The translations under genes were made by a program, and so were the position numbers. This document shows positions 24,455 to 32,000 of a DNA stretch of 32,000 nucleotides, one piece after another (position 1 is the stretch's first letter; every line of letters starts with the position of its first letter). The DNA lies in assembly GCF_000020225.1 (NCBI RefSeq), contig NC_010655.1, forward strand, positions 630,001 through 662,000, read 5' to 3'. The stretch comes from Akkermansia muciniphila ATCC BAA-835 (GTDB taxonomy: Bacteria; Verrucomicrobiota; Verrucomicrobiia; Verrucomicrobiales; Akkermansiaceae). Under the pieces are notes generated by a model. The model searched no databases, was not told the DNA's origin, and saw nothing but the letters and a program-made list of their open reading frames with translations.

Positions 24455-25867
24455 CTATTCCTCCTCCTGTTCCTCCGGAAGGCGGGCCAGCAGAATCTGC
24501 GTGATTCTCCTGCCGTCAGACCCCGTCACCACAGCCCGGTAGCGGCCAATCCGCAATTCCTCCCCTTCTTCCGGAATATAACCCATCCGGCTGATTACGT
24601 AACCGCCCAGCGTAGTAACGCCCGGACAATCCAAATCCATTTCAGGCAGGTAATCTGCCAGGTCAAACAGGGTAATAGCCCCATTGACGGCATATGTATC
24701 CTTGCCGGTTTTCACAAACTCCCGCATTTCCTCCTGGTCAAACTCGTCCTGAATGTCATCCCCCACAATCTGTTCCAGCACATCATCCAGGAATACCAGG
24801 CCGATAGAATCACCGAATTCATCCACTACCAGGGCAAAGTGGGCATGTTCTTTCAGAAAGAACGTGAGAAGGCTGTCCAGGGGCATCGTATCCGGCACCA
24901 CGCGCAATTCACGCCGCACGCTCCTCAGATCCGGATTTTCCCGTCCTACCAGTTTGAGCAGATCTTTGACATGCACCCAGCCTTTCACTTCATCCAGGTG
25001 GTCTCCCTCCACCAGCGGAAACCGGGTGTGGCGGGATTTCCGGGCAAGCTCCCAGTTTTCCTCAAAGGGAGCCGTCAAATCCATCACATCCACTTCAGAG
25101 CGCGGGGTCATTACGTCCTTGACGCACATATCGTTCAGTTCAAGGGCATTTTTGGAAATTTCAGCCTCCTGCTTCGTCAGCTCGCGGGAACGTTCGCTTT
25201 CTTCCACCAGATACATCAATTCATCCGTGCTGTGCACCGTGCACGCCGTGGAACGGGGGTCTATGCCCAGCAGGTATTTCAGCACAAACCGCGCCATTCC
25301 GCCCGTCAGGCCAAGAATACCCGTATATCTGAACACCGTATAAAAGAAATACAGCAGGGGAACCGTCGCCAGGGCGGCCTTGTCCGGCTGGCGCATCGCC
25401 ATAGCCTTGGGGATAAACTCCCCAAATACCACCTGGCAGCAGGCAAAGAAAATAAATGTAACGGCCAGAGCGATTCCGTAAACGGAAACCATGCCTCCCA
25501 ATCCCAGGGAAACCAGAAAGGGAGCTGTCAGTTCCGATACAAAAAACGTTCCCAGGAATCCCAACGCCAGGGAAGAAAGCGTAATGCCCGCCTGGCAGGC
25601 GGCCAAATAAAGATCAGGATGCTTGGCAGCCTTCCGCGCCCGGGCCAGTTTTTTCCGAGTTCGGGCCGGAACACCTTCCCCGGCGTGCAGCTGGCTTTCA
25701 CGAACCTTCATCAAGGCGAACTCGCCTGCCGCAAAAAACGCATTCAACAACAAAAAAAGGATAAAGCCGGCAACTGCCAGCATCATCCCACCCAGCGCCG
25801 GGCCTGCACCGGGCGCTTCAGCGGCCCCGAAGGCCGCAAGAATACTCAGAGGATCCGGATCATTCAT
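24455..25867 (-). CDS. DUF21 / CBS-pair / CorC_HlyC domain membrane protein (CNNM/TlyC-type putative divalent-cation transporter)
   Basis: N-terminal TM helices ([14 protein letters not shown]), a CBS region ([49 protein letters not shown]) and a C-terminal transporter-associated domain. An alternative start is ATG 25786. Confidence 0.88.
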   Translation of the reverse strand: MNDPDPLSILAAFGAAEAPGAGPALGGMMLAVAGFILFLLLNAFFAAGEFALMKVRESQLHAGEGVPARTRKKLARARKAAKHPDLYLAACQAGITLSSLALGFLGTFFVSELTAPFLVSLGLGGMVSVYGIALAVTFIFFACCQVVFGEFIPKAMAMRQPDKAALATVPLLYFFYTVFRYTGILGLTGGMARFVLKYLLGIDPRSTACTVHSTDELMYLVEESERSRELTKQEAEISKNALELNDMCVKDVMTPRSEVDVMDLTAPFEENWELARKSRHTRFPLVEGDHLDEVKGWVHVKDLLKLVGRENPDLRSVRRELRVVPDTMPLDSLLTFFLKEHAHFALVVDEFGDSIGLVFLDDVLEQIVGDDIQDEFDQEEMREFVKTGKDTYAVNGAITLFDLADYLPEMDLDCPGVTTLGGYVISRMGYIPEEGEELRIGRYRAVVTGSDGRRITQILLARLPEEQEEE

Positions 25868-25925
25868 TCTGATTCAAATAATATATTCGGAGAAGAAGGC
25901 AGAGATATTGCCCGGCACTTTGTCA

Positions 25926-26186
25926 TCACAGTTTTTCATAAACGCCCTTGTCCCGGCGCTCCAGCACGGTGAATCCGGCAGCCTTGGCGTCTGAAACGGA
26001 AAGAGGCTTGGTCACCTCCGGCACATTAATGCGGCTGATGACCTTACGCACGGGATGCTTGCACACAAGGCATTTTTCAAGCGGAGCACGGTCCACGGGA
26101 CGCCTCAACTCAAAACCGCGGCGGCACACCGGACAGGACTGTCCGGGGTCGTCAGGGTTTTCAGAAATATACTCGTATATGGGCAT
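25926..26186 (-). CDS. FmdB-family zinc-ribbon protein
   Basis: 86 aa starting MPIYEY, with two CxxC knuckles (SCPVCRR and KCLVCKH). Confidence 0.8.
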   Translation of the reverse strand: MPIYEYISENPDDPGQSCPVCRRGFELRRPVDRAPLEKCLVCKHPVRKVISRINVPEVTKPLSVSDAKAAGFTVLERRDKGVYEKL

Positions 26187-26189
26187 AGC

Positions 26190-26222
26190 AAAACGCTAGG
26201 CTAAATAAAAATCAGCCTAGCG
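26190..26222 (-). terminator. Hairpin terminator after rpsN
   Basis: Perfect 9-bp stem CGCTAGGCT(26194-26202)/AGCCTAGCG(26214-26222) with an 11-nt loop. On the minus strand it is followed by UUUU (26193-26190), only 3 nt before the FmdB ATG (26186). Confidence 0.55.
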
Positions 26223-26258
26223 TCAAAATCTTTATAAGGCTGCAACCTTTTCCTGTCC

Positions 26259-26528
26259 TTACCAGCTGGACTTGGTCACACCGGGAATCATGCCGGCATT
26301 GGCCAGTTCACGGAAGGAAATACGGGAAAGCTTGAAACGGCGGATAAATGCACGGCGGCGGCCGGAAACAAGGCAGCGGTTGACCGTACGGGTCGGGCTT
26401 GCATTGCGGGGCAGCATGGTTAAACCGATATAATCCTTCTCAGCCTTCAATTGCGCACGCAGTTCTGCATAGCGCTTGACGGTTTCAGCCTTTTTCTTGT
26501 CTCTTGCGATCCAGCTCTTCTTAGCCAT
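26259..26528 (-). CDS. rpsN: 30S ribosomal protein S14, long non-zinc (C-minus) form
   Basis: The start at [13 protein letters not shown] (ATG 26528) gives 89 aa. Motifs are [35 protein letters not shown] and a C-terminal GVTKSSW. There is a single Cys, so no CxxC zinc site. Confidence 0.9.
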   Translation of the reverse strand: MAKKSWIARDKKKAETVKRYAELRAQLKAEKDYIGLTMLPRNASPTRTVNRCLVSGRRRAFIRRFKLSRISFRELANAGMIPGVTKSSW

Positions 26529-27463
26529 AAGTTCGGCGGAATAAGTAGAGGGACGGGGATGAAAAATCAAGCGCTTTTTTTCGATTTTATCAAATTCAAG
26601 CCGTTTTCAATGTCATCCGACCTTTCCGGCGGTCTTTGCGCATGGAATTGAATACCTGTTTCTTTCACAAACATATCGCGTGAGGAGGCATCCGGAACAT
26701 TCGCAACAGGATGGAAGAAGCTAATTTATTTAACTCTTCCTAACCATTATCTCCAACACCCCAGGAAACATATTTGAAAGAAGTTCATGCAAAATACCCC
26801 GCTCCCAGGGCTCGGAGGACATTTTCTGAAAATTTTTCTAGAAATATTCCGGCATGAAAACGGCGATCGGGCAGGGAAGCTCCGTCGTAAAAAACGGCCC
26901 TTATCTCCGTCCCTGCAGTAAATATTGAAGAAAAAAGACATGGGGAGTTCTGCCTACACGCACCGCCTGTTTCAGATCCATTGCGCAATCAAATTCATCA
27001 TCAGGGAGGACAGGACCGGGAACTGCACCATTTACGCAGACTGGCGGCGGAACCGTTCACCGGACAGGCTTCAGCTGGGAATTTCCGTGAGAGTATGCAA
27101 AAAGAACGCAAGATATGGCTATCTTTATATAGGAAAGCGGCTGTTTCACTCCTGTTCCGGATGATGGCCGAAGATTGCCGGATTCATGAACGGAAACCGG
27201 AAAGGGCCGACATTTTCAGCATTTTGTACGGAGTGCCGTTTTCCAATGGGTTCCGGTAAAAATCCCGAGTAAATTCCGGAAAAAGCTGTGGAAGAAATGA
27301 GCGTTGCTTTCCCCGGTAAGGCCGGTTCATCTCCGCTTGGAACCGTTTCATCAAAGCAGTCTCCGGCGGCTCCGGGAAAAAGCCCGCGGCGAAACATGAT
27401 TTTGTCCTTTCCTCCGGGGGGGGAATGGGGCATCATGCCGCCGCACACTAATCATTGACGTAC

Positions 27464-28756
27464 ATGAAAATCGTAGTTGCATACTCTGGCGGCCTTGACA
27501 CCTCCGTTCTTCTGAAGTGGCTCAAGGAAAAATATAATGCCGAAATCATCGCCTACTGCGCAGACGTAGGACAAGCGGAAGAACTGGACGGACTGGAAGC
27601 CAAAGCCCTGGCGACGGGCGCCTCCAAGTGCTTCATCGGCGACCTTAAGGAAGACTTCGCCACCAACTACATCTTCCCGATGATACAGGCCAACGCCCTT
27701 TACGAAGGCCGCTACCTGCTGGGAACCTCCATCGCCCGCCCCTGCATTTCCAAAGACATGGTGGATCTGGCCATCCGGGAAGGCGCGGACGCCATCGCCC
27801 ACGGCGCCACCGGCAAGGGGAACGACCAGGTCCGCTTTGAACTGGCCGTCAATGCCCTGGCTCCGAACATCAAGGTCATCGCCCCGTGGCGCGATCCCGA
27901 ATTCCGCCAGCAGTTCCCGGGCCGCACGGAAATGATCGCCTACGCGGAATCCCACGGCATCCCGATCCGGCAGTCTCTGAAAAAGCCTTATTCCATGGAC
28001 CGCAACCTGCTTCACATTTCCTTTGAAGCCGGGATGCTGGAAGATACCTGGTACGACGGCACCACCCCCGCCGACCGTGAAATGTACAAGCTTTCCGTTT
28101 CCCCGGAAGATGCTCCGGACCAGGCCGAATACATCCAGCTCCTGTATGAAAAGGGCAATGTCATCGGCATCCAGTACGATGGTCTCGACGTTCTGCTGAA
28201 AGAACTGGGCGTCAACCCGAAAGGAGAACGCGACGGGTATACCCTGCTCAGCCCCCTGGGCGTCATGTACGTGCTGAACGCCCTGGGCGGCAAGCATGGC
28301 ATCGGCCGCGTGGATATCGTAGAAAACCGCTTTGTGGGCATGAAGAGCCGCGGCATTTATGAAACTCCCGGCGGCACCATCCTGCTGGCGGCCCACCGCG
28401 ATATTGAAACAATTACAATTGATCGGGAAGTGCAAAAGGTGCGCGACTCCCTCATCCCGGAATACGCTACGCTGGTTTACAACGGCTTCTGGTTTGCACC
28501 GGAACGCGAGGCCATCCAGGCCCTGGTAACCAAATCCCAGGAAACCGTCAACGGGGAAGTACGCCTGAAGCTTTACAAGGGCAACGTCATGTACGCCGGA
28601 CGCCGTTCCCCGCAGTCCCTGTATTCCGAAGAAATCGCCACGATGGAAGGCGGCCACGAGGAACTGTACAACCAGAACGACGCGGAAGGGTTCATCCACC
28701 TCAACGGATTGCGCCTGAAGCAATTCAGCCGCGTCAACAAACCCTACGGCAATTAA
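27464..28756 (+). CDS. argG: Argininosuccinate synthase
   Basis: ATG 27464 ([14 protein letters not shown]), with [29 protein letters not shown] and [18 protein letters not shown]. Confidence 0.93.
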   Translation: MKIVVAYSGGLDTSVLLKWLKEKYNAEIIAYCADVGQAEELDGLEAKALATGASKCFIGDLKEDFATNYIFPMIQANALYEGRYLLGTSIARPCISKDMVDLAIREGADAIAHGATGKGNDQVRFELAVNALAPNIKVIAPWRDPEFRQQFPGRTEMIAYAESHGIPIRQSLKKPYSMDRNLLHISFEAGMLEDTWYDGTTPADREMYKLSVSPEDAPDQAEYIQLLYEKGNVIGIQYDGLDVLLKELGVNPKGERDGYTLLSPLGVMYVLNALGGKHGIGRVDIVENRFVGMKSRGIYETPGGTILLAAHRDIETITIDREVQKVRDSLIPEYATLVYNGFWFAPEREAIQALVTKSQETVNGEVRLKLYKGNVMYAGRRSPQSLYSEEIATMEGGHEELYNQNDAEGFIHLNGLRLKQFSRVNKPYGN

Positions 28757-28783
28757 GCGCCCGTAACGGTACCACTCTTTATC

Positions 28784-28819
28784 AAACCGTCCGGAAAAGG
28801 TATTCCGGACGGTTTTTTC
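28784..28819 (+). terminator. Rho-independent terminator after argG
   Basis: Stem AAACCGTCCGG(28784-28794)/CCGGACGGTTT(28805-28815) with a T-run extending to 28818. Confidence 0.8.
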
Positions 28820-28857
28820 TTTGCAATAACCTTTTCCTTTCCTGCGTAGTGACCGTT

Positions 28858-30314
28858 ATGGGATTTCTTTCACACGCATTTCTGGCGGCTGCATTTTCGC
28901 TCTCTCCGTTTTTGGCATCCGCCGCGGCCTTCAAACCCAATATCATTTTTATTTACGCAGATGACCTGGGCATGGGCATGCTGGGCTGCTATGGCCAGGA
29001 AATCGTGAAAACACCCAATATCGACCGCCTGGCCAGCCAGGGCATCATGTTCACCCGGTGCTACAGCAGCCAATATTGCTGCCCGGCGCGCGCTTCCCTG
29101 CTTATGGGCGTGCACGACAGCCACTCCCATTCCTACACCCAGACGGCGGGAGCCCTGGTCATCACGGCGGAACGGAAAGGCTGGTCCAATGAGCAACTGG
29201 AAGAGAAAGCGGCACGGGCAGCACGCATCAAGGCCGCCGAGGGAGAAGTGTTCCTCCCGGAATTGCTGAAAAAGGCCGGATACGTCACGGGACAGTTCGG
29301 CAAGCTGGAATGGGGATTCACCACCTGGCACGGAGAATTGAAAAGACACGGCTGGGACCGCTATGTAGGGTACATGGACCATCAAAGGGCCCATGGCTTT
29401 TATCCCTCCTTCCTCTGGAAAGACGGCGAACGCCTCCCCCTGAAAGGCAACACCCACGCCGACGGAGGCAAAACCCCGGAAGACTACAGTCCGGGAGCCA
29501 CAGAAAAACGAAGAGGCAACAGGGAAGGTAAAGTCACCTACGCTCCGGACGTGATGCTGGCGGAAACCCTTCGTTTCATGGAGGAAAACCGGAACAAGCC
29601 CATGTTCATCTTTTTTTCCACCAACCTTCCCCACGGCCCGGTAGATATTCCTCCGGAAGAAAACACGTACGCGGGCTCCCCCTCCATCCGTCAGGCCTAT
29701 GGCAATGCCAGCGGAACCAACAGGGAATGCTCCGGAGCGGCAGAAGAATACGCTTCCATGGTGGACAAGCTGGACAGGCAGGTCGGAGCCATCGTGGACC
29801 AGGTGCGCAAGCTGGGCCTGGACAAGCGCACCATTATCATTTTCAGTTCCGACAACGGGCATGAACTTTACTACCGTACAGATAAAGGCCGCGGCCGCGG
29901 GCCGGACTGAAATGGACCAGCCATGAAGGAGGCATCCGCGTTCCCCTCATCATTTCCTGGCCCGGCACACTGCCCTATGGGAAGGTCTGCCACAGCCTGG
30001 TGGCCAATTACGACCATATGGCCTCTTTCGCCGATCTTGCGGGGGTCCGCATGCCGGAAGGTAAAGATGCCGTTTCCTATATAGATATACTGTCCGGCAA
30101 CTCCGCCAGGCAGCGCGATTATGTGGTCGTGGATCACACCGTCATCACGGGGGACGGCTGGAAGCTTACGCAAAAACAAAATAAACCGTTCCTCTTTCAA
30201 ATAGGCAAGGACCCTGAAGAAAGACATAATCTTGCGGAAACAAGGAAAGACCAGCTGGAAAAACTCCGGGCCATTTACAGGAAGGAAGTGGGCAGCCCCA
30301 GAAAAGACAGGTGA
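28858..30314 (+). pseudogene. Cys-type (formylglycine) sulfatase interrupted by a frameshift near 29887-29909
   Basis: Frame 1 holds the signal peptide MGFLSHAFLAAAFSLSPFLASAAA, IYADDLGMG, the FGly motif CCPAR and SSDNGHE, then reaches TGA at 29908-29910. Frame 0 is open from 29886 and continues the protein exactly with GLKWTSHEGGIRVPLIISWPG up to the stop at 30314. Confidence 0.8.
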
Positions 30315-30326
30315 AATCCGGAGCTG

Positions 30327-30360
30327 GCCCGGCATCCTCCTTTTTCCGCCGGGCGTTTTT
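30327..30360 (+). terminator. Probable terminator after the sulfatase
   Basis: Stem GCCCGGC(30327-30333)/GCCGGGC(30348-30354) with a 14-nt loop, followed by GTTTTT (30355-30360). Confidence 0.5.
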
Positions 30361-30365
30361 GCAGG

Positions 30366-30394
30366 TTGAAACCTGAACGTTCCGCATGTAGAGT
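30366..30394 (+). promoter_or_regulatory. Candidate sigma70-type promoter directly abutting the rsmB start codon
   Basis: TTGAAA (30366-30371), a 17-nt spacer, then TAGAGT (30389-30394). The rsmB GTG at 30401 lies 6 nt after the -10 element. This is a consensus match only. Confidence 0.25.
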
Positions 30395-30400
30395 TCCCCG

Positions 30401-31639
30401 GTGAAGAACAATCCCCCCTCCCCCCGCCAGACAGCACTAAATTGCCTGAGGAGCTGGCATGCAGGCCGCTCCTTCGCGGAAACCCTCGTGGACCGGGAAT
30501 GTTCACGAACCGCGCTTCCATCGGCAGACAGGCACCTGGTGCAGGCTTTGGTCTTCAGCGTATTGCGCAACCAGACCTGGCTGGACCACGTCATCGGAAC
30601 CCTCCGGAAAGGCAGGCTGGACGTGGAAGCGCGTCTTATTCTCCAACTGGGGTTGAGCCAGCTTTTTCTGCTGGGCATGGCGGACCACGCCGCTGTGTAT
30701 GAAACCGTGAATCTCGCGTCCGTACGCCTGAGAGGACTGGTAAACGCTATCCTGCGCAACGCTTTGCGGCGGGAGAAAACCATTCTGGAGGAACGGGAAA
30801 AACTTCCGCTTTCCATTCATTATTCCACCCCCGCGTGGCTGGTACGGAGATGGACGGAACAAATGGGGCCGCAAATGGCCCGCGACCTGCTCCGCTGGAA
30901 CAATACCACGCCGCGCCTGTATGTGCGCGCCAATCCTCTGATGCCCATGAAAAATATTCCGGCCTCCCTCGCCCCGCTGGACCGCGCGCCCGGCTGGTTC
31001 TCCGTGGAAGGCCTTCTGCCGCTGGAGGAAATTAAAACAGGCTCCCTTTACGTAGCGGATCCTTCCACCCGTTATTCCATTGATTTGCTGGCCCCACAGC
31101 CCGGAGAGGAAATTCTGGACGCCTGCGCCGCCCCCGGCGGCAAATCCGCCGCCATCATCGCCGCTACCGGAGGCAAAGCCCACCTGACCGCCACGGATCT
31201 CCACGAACACCGGCTGCCCACCCTGAAGGAAAACCTGGACAGGCAGGGTTCTTCCTTCGTCAGGACGGCGCAGGCGGACTGGTCCCTTCCCTGCCGCACG
31301 GAATGGAAGGGCCGCTTTGACGCCGTGCTTCTGGACGTTCCCTGTTCCAACACCGGAGTCATCCAACGCCGCGTGGACGTGCGCTGGCGCCTGACTCCGG
31401 AGGAAATCCGTCGCCTGACCGCACTCCAGAAGACCATCCTGGAAAATGCCTCCCGCGCCGTCAAACCGGGCGGCAGACTGGTTTATTCCACCTGTTCCAT
31501 TGACGCGGAGGAAGACGGACTGCTGATCAGGGACTTTTTGCAGAACCATCCGGAATGGACGCTGAAAGAAGAAAAACTTATCCTTCCCCACGAGGAAAAA
31601 TCGGACGGCGCGTATGCGGCCCTTTTGATCTGTGCTTGA
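30401..31639 (+). CDS. rsmB: 16S rRNA (cytosine-C5)-methyltransferase RsmB/Sun
   Basis: GTG 30401 is the first possible start, because an in-frame TAG sits at 30389. The N-terminal domain is NusB-like. SAM methyltransferase motifs DACAAPGGKS, LLDVPCSNTGV and VYSTCSI are present. Confidence 0.88.
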   Translation: MKNNPPSPRQTALNCLRSWHAGRSFAETLVDRECSRTALPSADRHLVQALVFSVLRNQTWLDHVIGTLRKGRLDVEARLILQLGLSQLFLLGMADHAAVYETVNLASVRLRGLVNAILRNALRREKTILEEREKLPLSIHYSTPAWLVRRWTEQMGPQMARDLLRWNNTTPRLYVRANPLMPMKNIPASLAPLDRAPGWFSVEGLLPLEEIKTGSLYVADPSTRYSIDLLAPQPGEEILDACAAPGGKSAAIIAATGGKAHLTATDLHEHRLPTLKENLDRQGSSFVRTAQADWSLPCRTEWKGRFDAVLLDVPCSNTGVIQRRVDVRWRLTPEEIRRLTALQKTILENASRAVKPGGRLVYSTCSIDAEEDGLLIRDFLQNHPEWTLKEEKLILPHEEKSDGAYAALLICA

Positions 31640-31691
31640 CCTCAGCTTCAATTTGTCAACAATGCGTGTTCCTGATTAATATCATTCCATT

Positions 31692-32000
31692 ATGTCCCGC
31701 AAACCCATCATTGCCGCCAACTGGAAGATGAACATCGGCCCCGCCGAAGGCACCCAGTTCATCGAAAGCTTCAAAAACCTCATTAAGGGGAAAGACGTCG
31801 CGTGTGACGTGGTCATCATCCCTCCCTTCACCACCATTCCCTCCGTGCAGAACGCTCTGGGCGGTTGCTCCTGCATCGCCGCCGGAGCCCAGAACGTCTC
31901 CCAGTACGACAACGGAGCTTATACCGGTGAAATCTCCACCAGCATGCTGAATGAACTGAACCTCAAGTATGTGGTGCTCGGCCACAGCGAACGCCGCCAA
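31692..32000 (+). CDS. tpiA: Triosephosphate isomerase, N-terminal portion; 3' end outside the window
   Basis: ATG 31692 gives MSRKPIIAANWKMN...YTGEISTSML...VVLGHSERRQ, and the frame is open to the window end. It is absent from the ORF track only because no stop falls within the window. Confidence 0.9.
   Translation, partial: MSRKPIIAANWKMNIGPAEGTQFIESFKNLIKGKDVACDVVIIPPFTTIPSVQNALGGCSCIAAGAQNVSQYDNGAYTGEISTSMLNELNLKYVVLGHSERRQ

Noticed and set aside
24152-25972. A 606-aa ORF on the plus strand.
   Set aside because: It is a codon-aligned shadow of the DUF21-CBS gene and also runs across rnhB. It has no motifs and an Arg/Gln/His-rich composition.
27452-28723. A 423-aa ORF on the minus strand.
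   Set aside because: It is a codon-aligned shadow of argG.
1-32000. I looked for tRNA (GGTTCGAATCC-type T-arms), rRNA, tmRNA, CRISPR repeats, IS inverted repeats, transposase or integrase ORFs, and toxin-antitoxin or restriction-modification genes.
   Set aside because: None was recognised by eye on either strand. The window appears to be core chromosome. A tool-based scan (tRNAscan-SE, Infernal, ISEScan, DefenseFinder/PADLOC) would be needed to exclude small or degenerate elements.

Overview
This 32-kb window reads as ordinary core chromosome from a moderately GC-rich, Shine-Dalgarno-poor diderm. Gene content (secreted GH2 glycosidase, Cys-type sulfatase, large secreted TPR proteins) and codon style suggest an Akkermansia-like Verrucomicrobiota genome; that is inference, not a search result. 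I can support 27 protein-coding loci, all by motif recognition from memory:
- purL (3' part), purQ, a hypothetical protein and an M42 peptidase.
- A GH2 glycosidase with a MauE/DoxX-like membrane partner.
- mreB and an RNase G/E-family gene.
- A tandem Lrp/AsnC (sirohaem-decarboxylase-like) protein.
- A secreted 347-aa protein, a 1077-aa TPR protein, and exbB-exbD-exbD.
- nth, a 3D-domain lipoprotein, a divergent family-4-like UDG and a divergent TrpC-fold protein.
- yraN, rnhB, a DUF21-CBS protein, an FmdB zinc-ribbon protein and a stand-alone rpsN.
- argG, a frameshifted sulfatase, rsmB and tpiA (5' part).

Several clean rho-independent terminators are present. I found no rRNA, tRNA, CRISPR array, transposase, integrase or recognisable defence island, so I cannot claim a novel system with confidence.

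The items most worth a second look are:
1. A TonB-less ExbB-ExbD-ExbD motor next to two secreted TPR-type proteins, separated from them by about 1 kb of pyrimidine-skewed non-coding DNA.
2. A translationally coupled pair of catalytically divergent enzymes: a UDG lacking all Fe-S cysteines, and a TrpC fold with substituted catalytic residues.
3. Two further non-coding tracts of about 0.9 kb (20609-21510 and 26529-27463) with strong hairpins, palindromes and an extreme AT-rich core.
4. A sulfatase broken by a frameshift inside a GGCCGC repeat.

Genuine genes here almost completely avoid TTA/CTA/TCA codons. This produces very long codon-aligned antisense shadow ORFs, which I rejected as genes.
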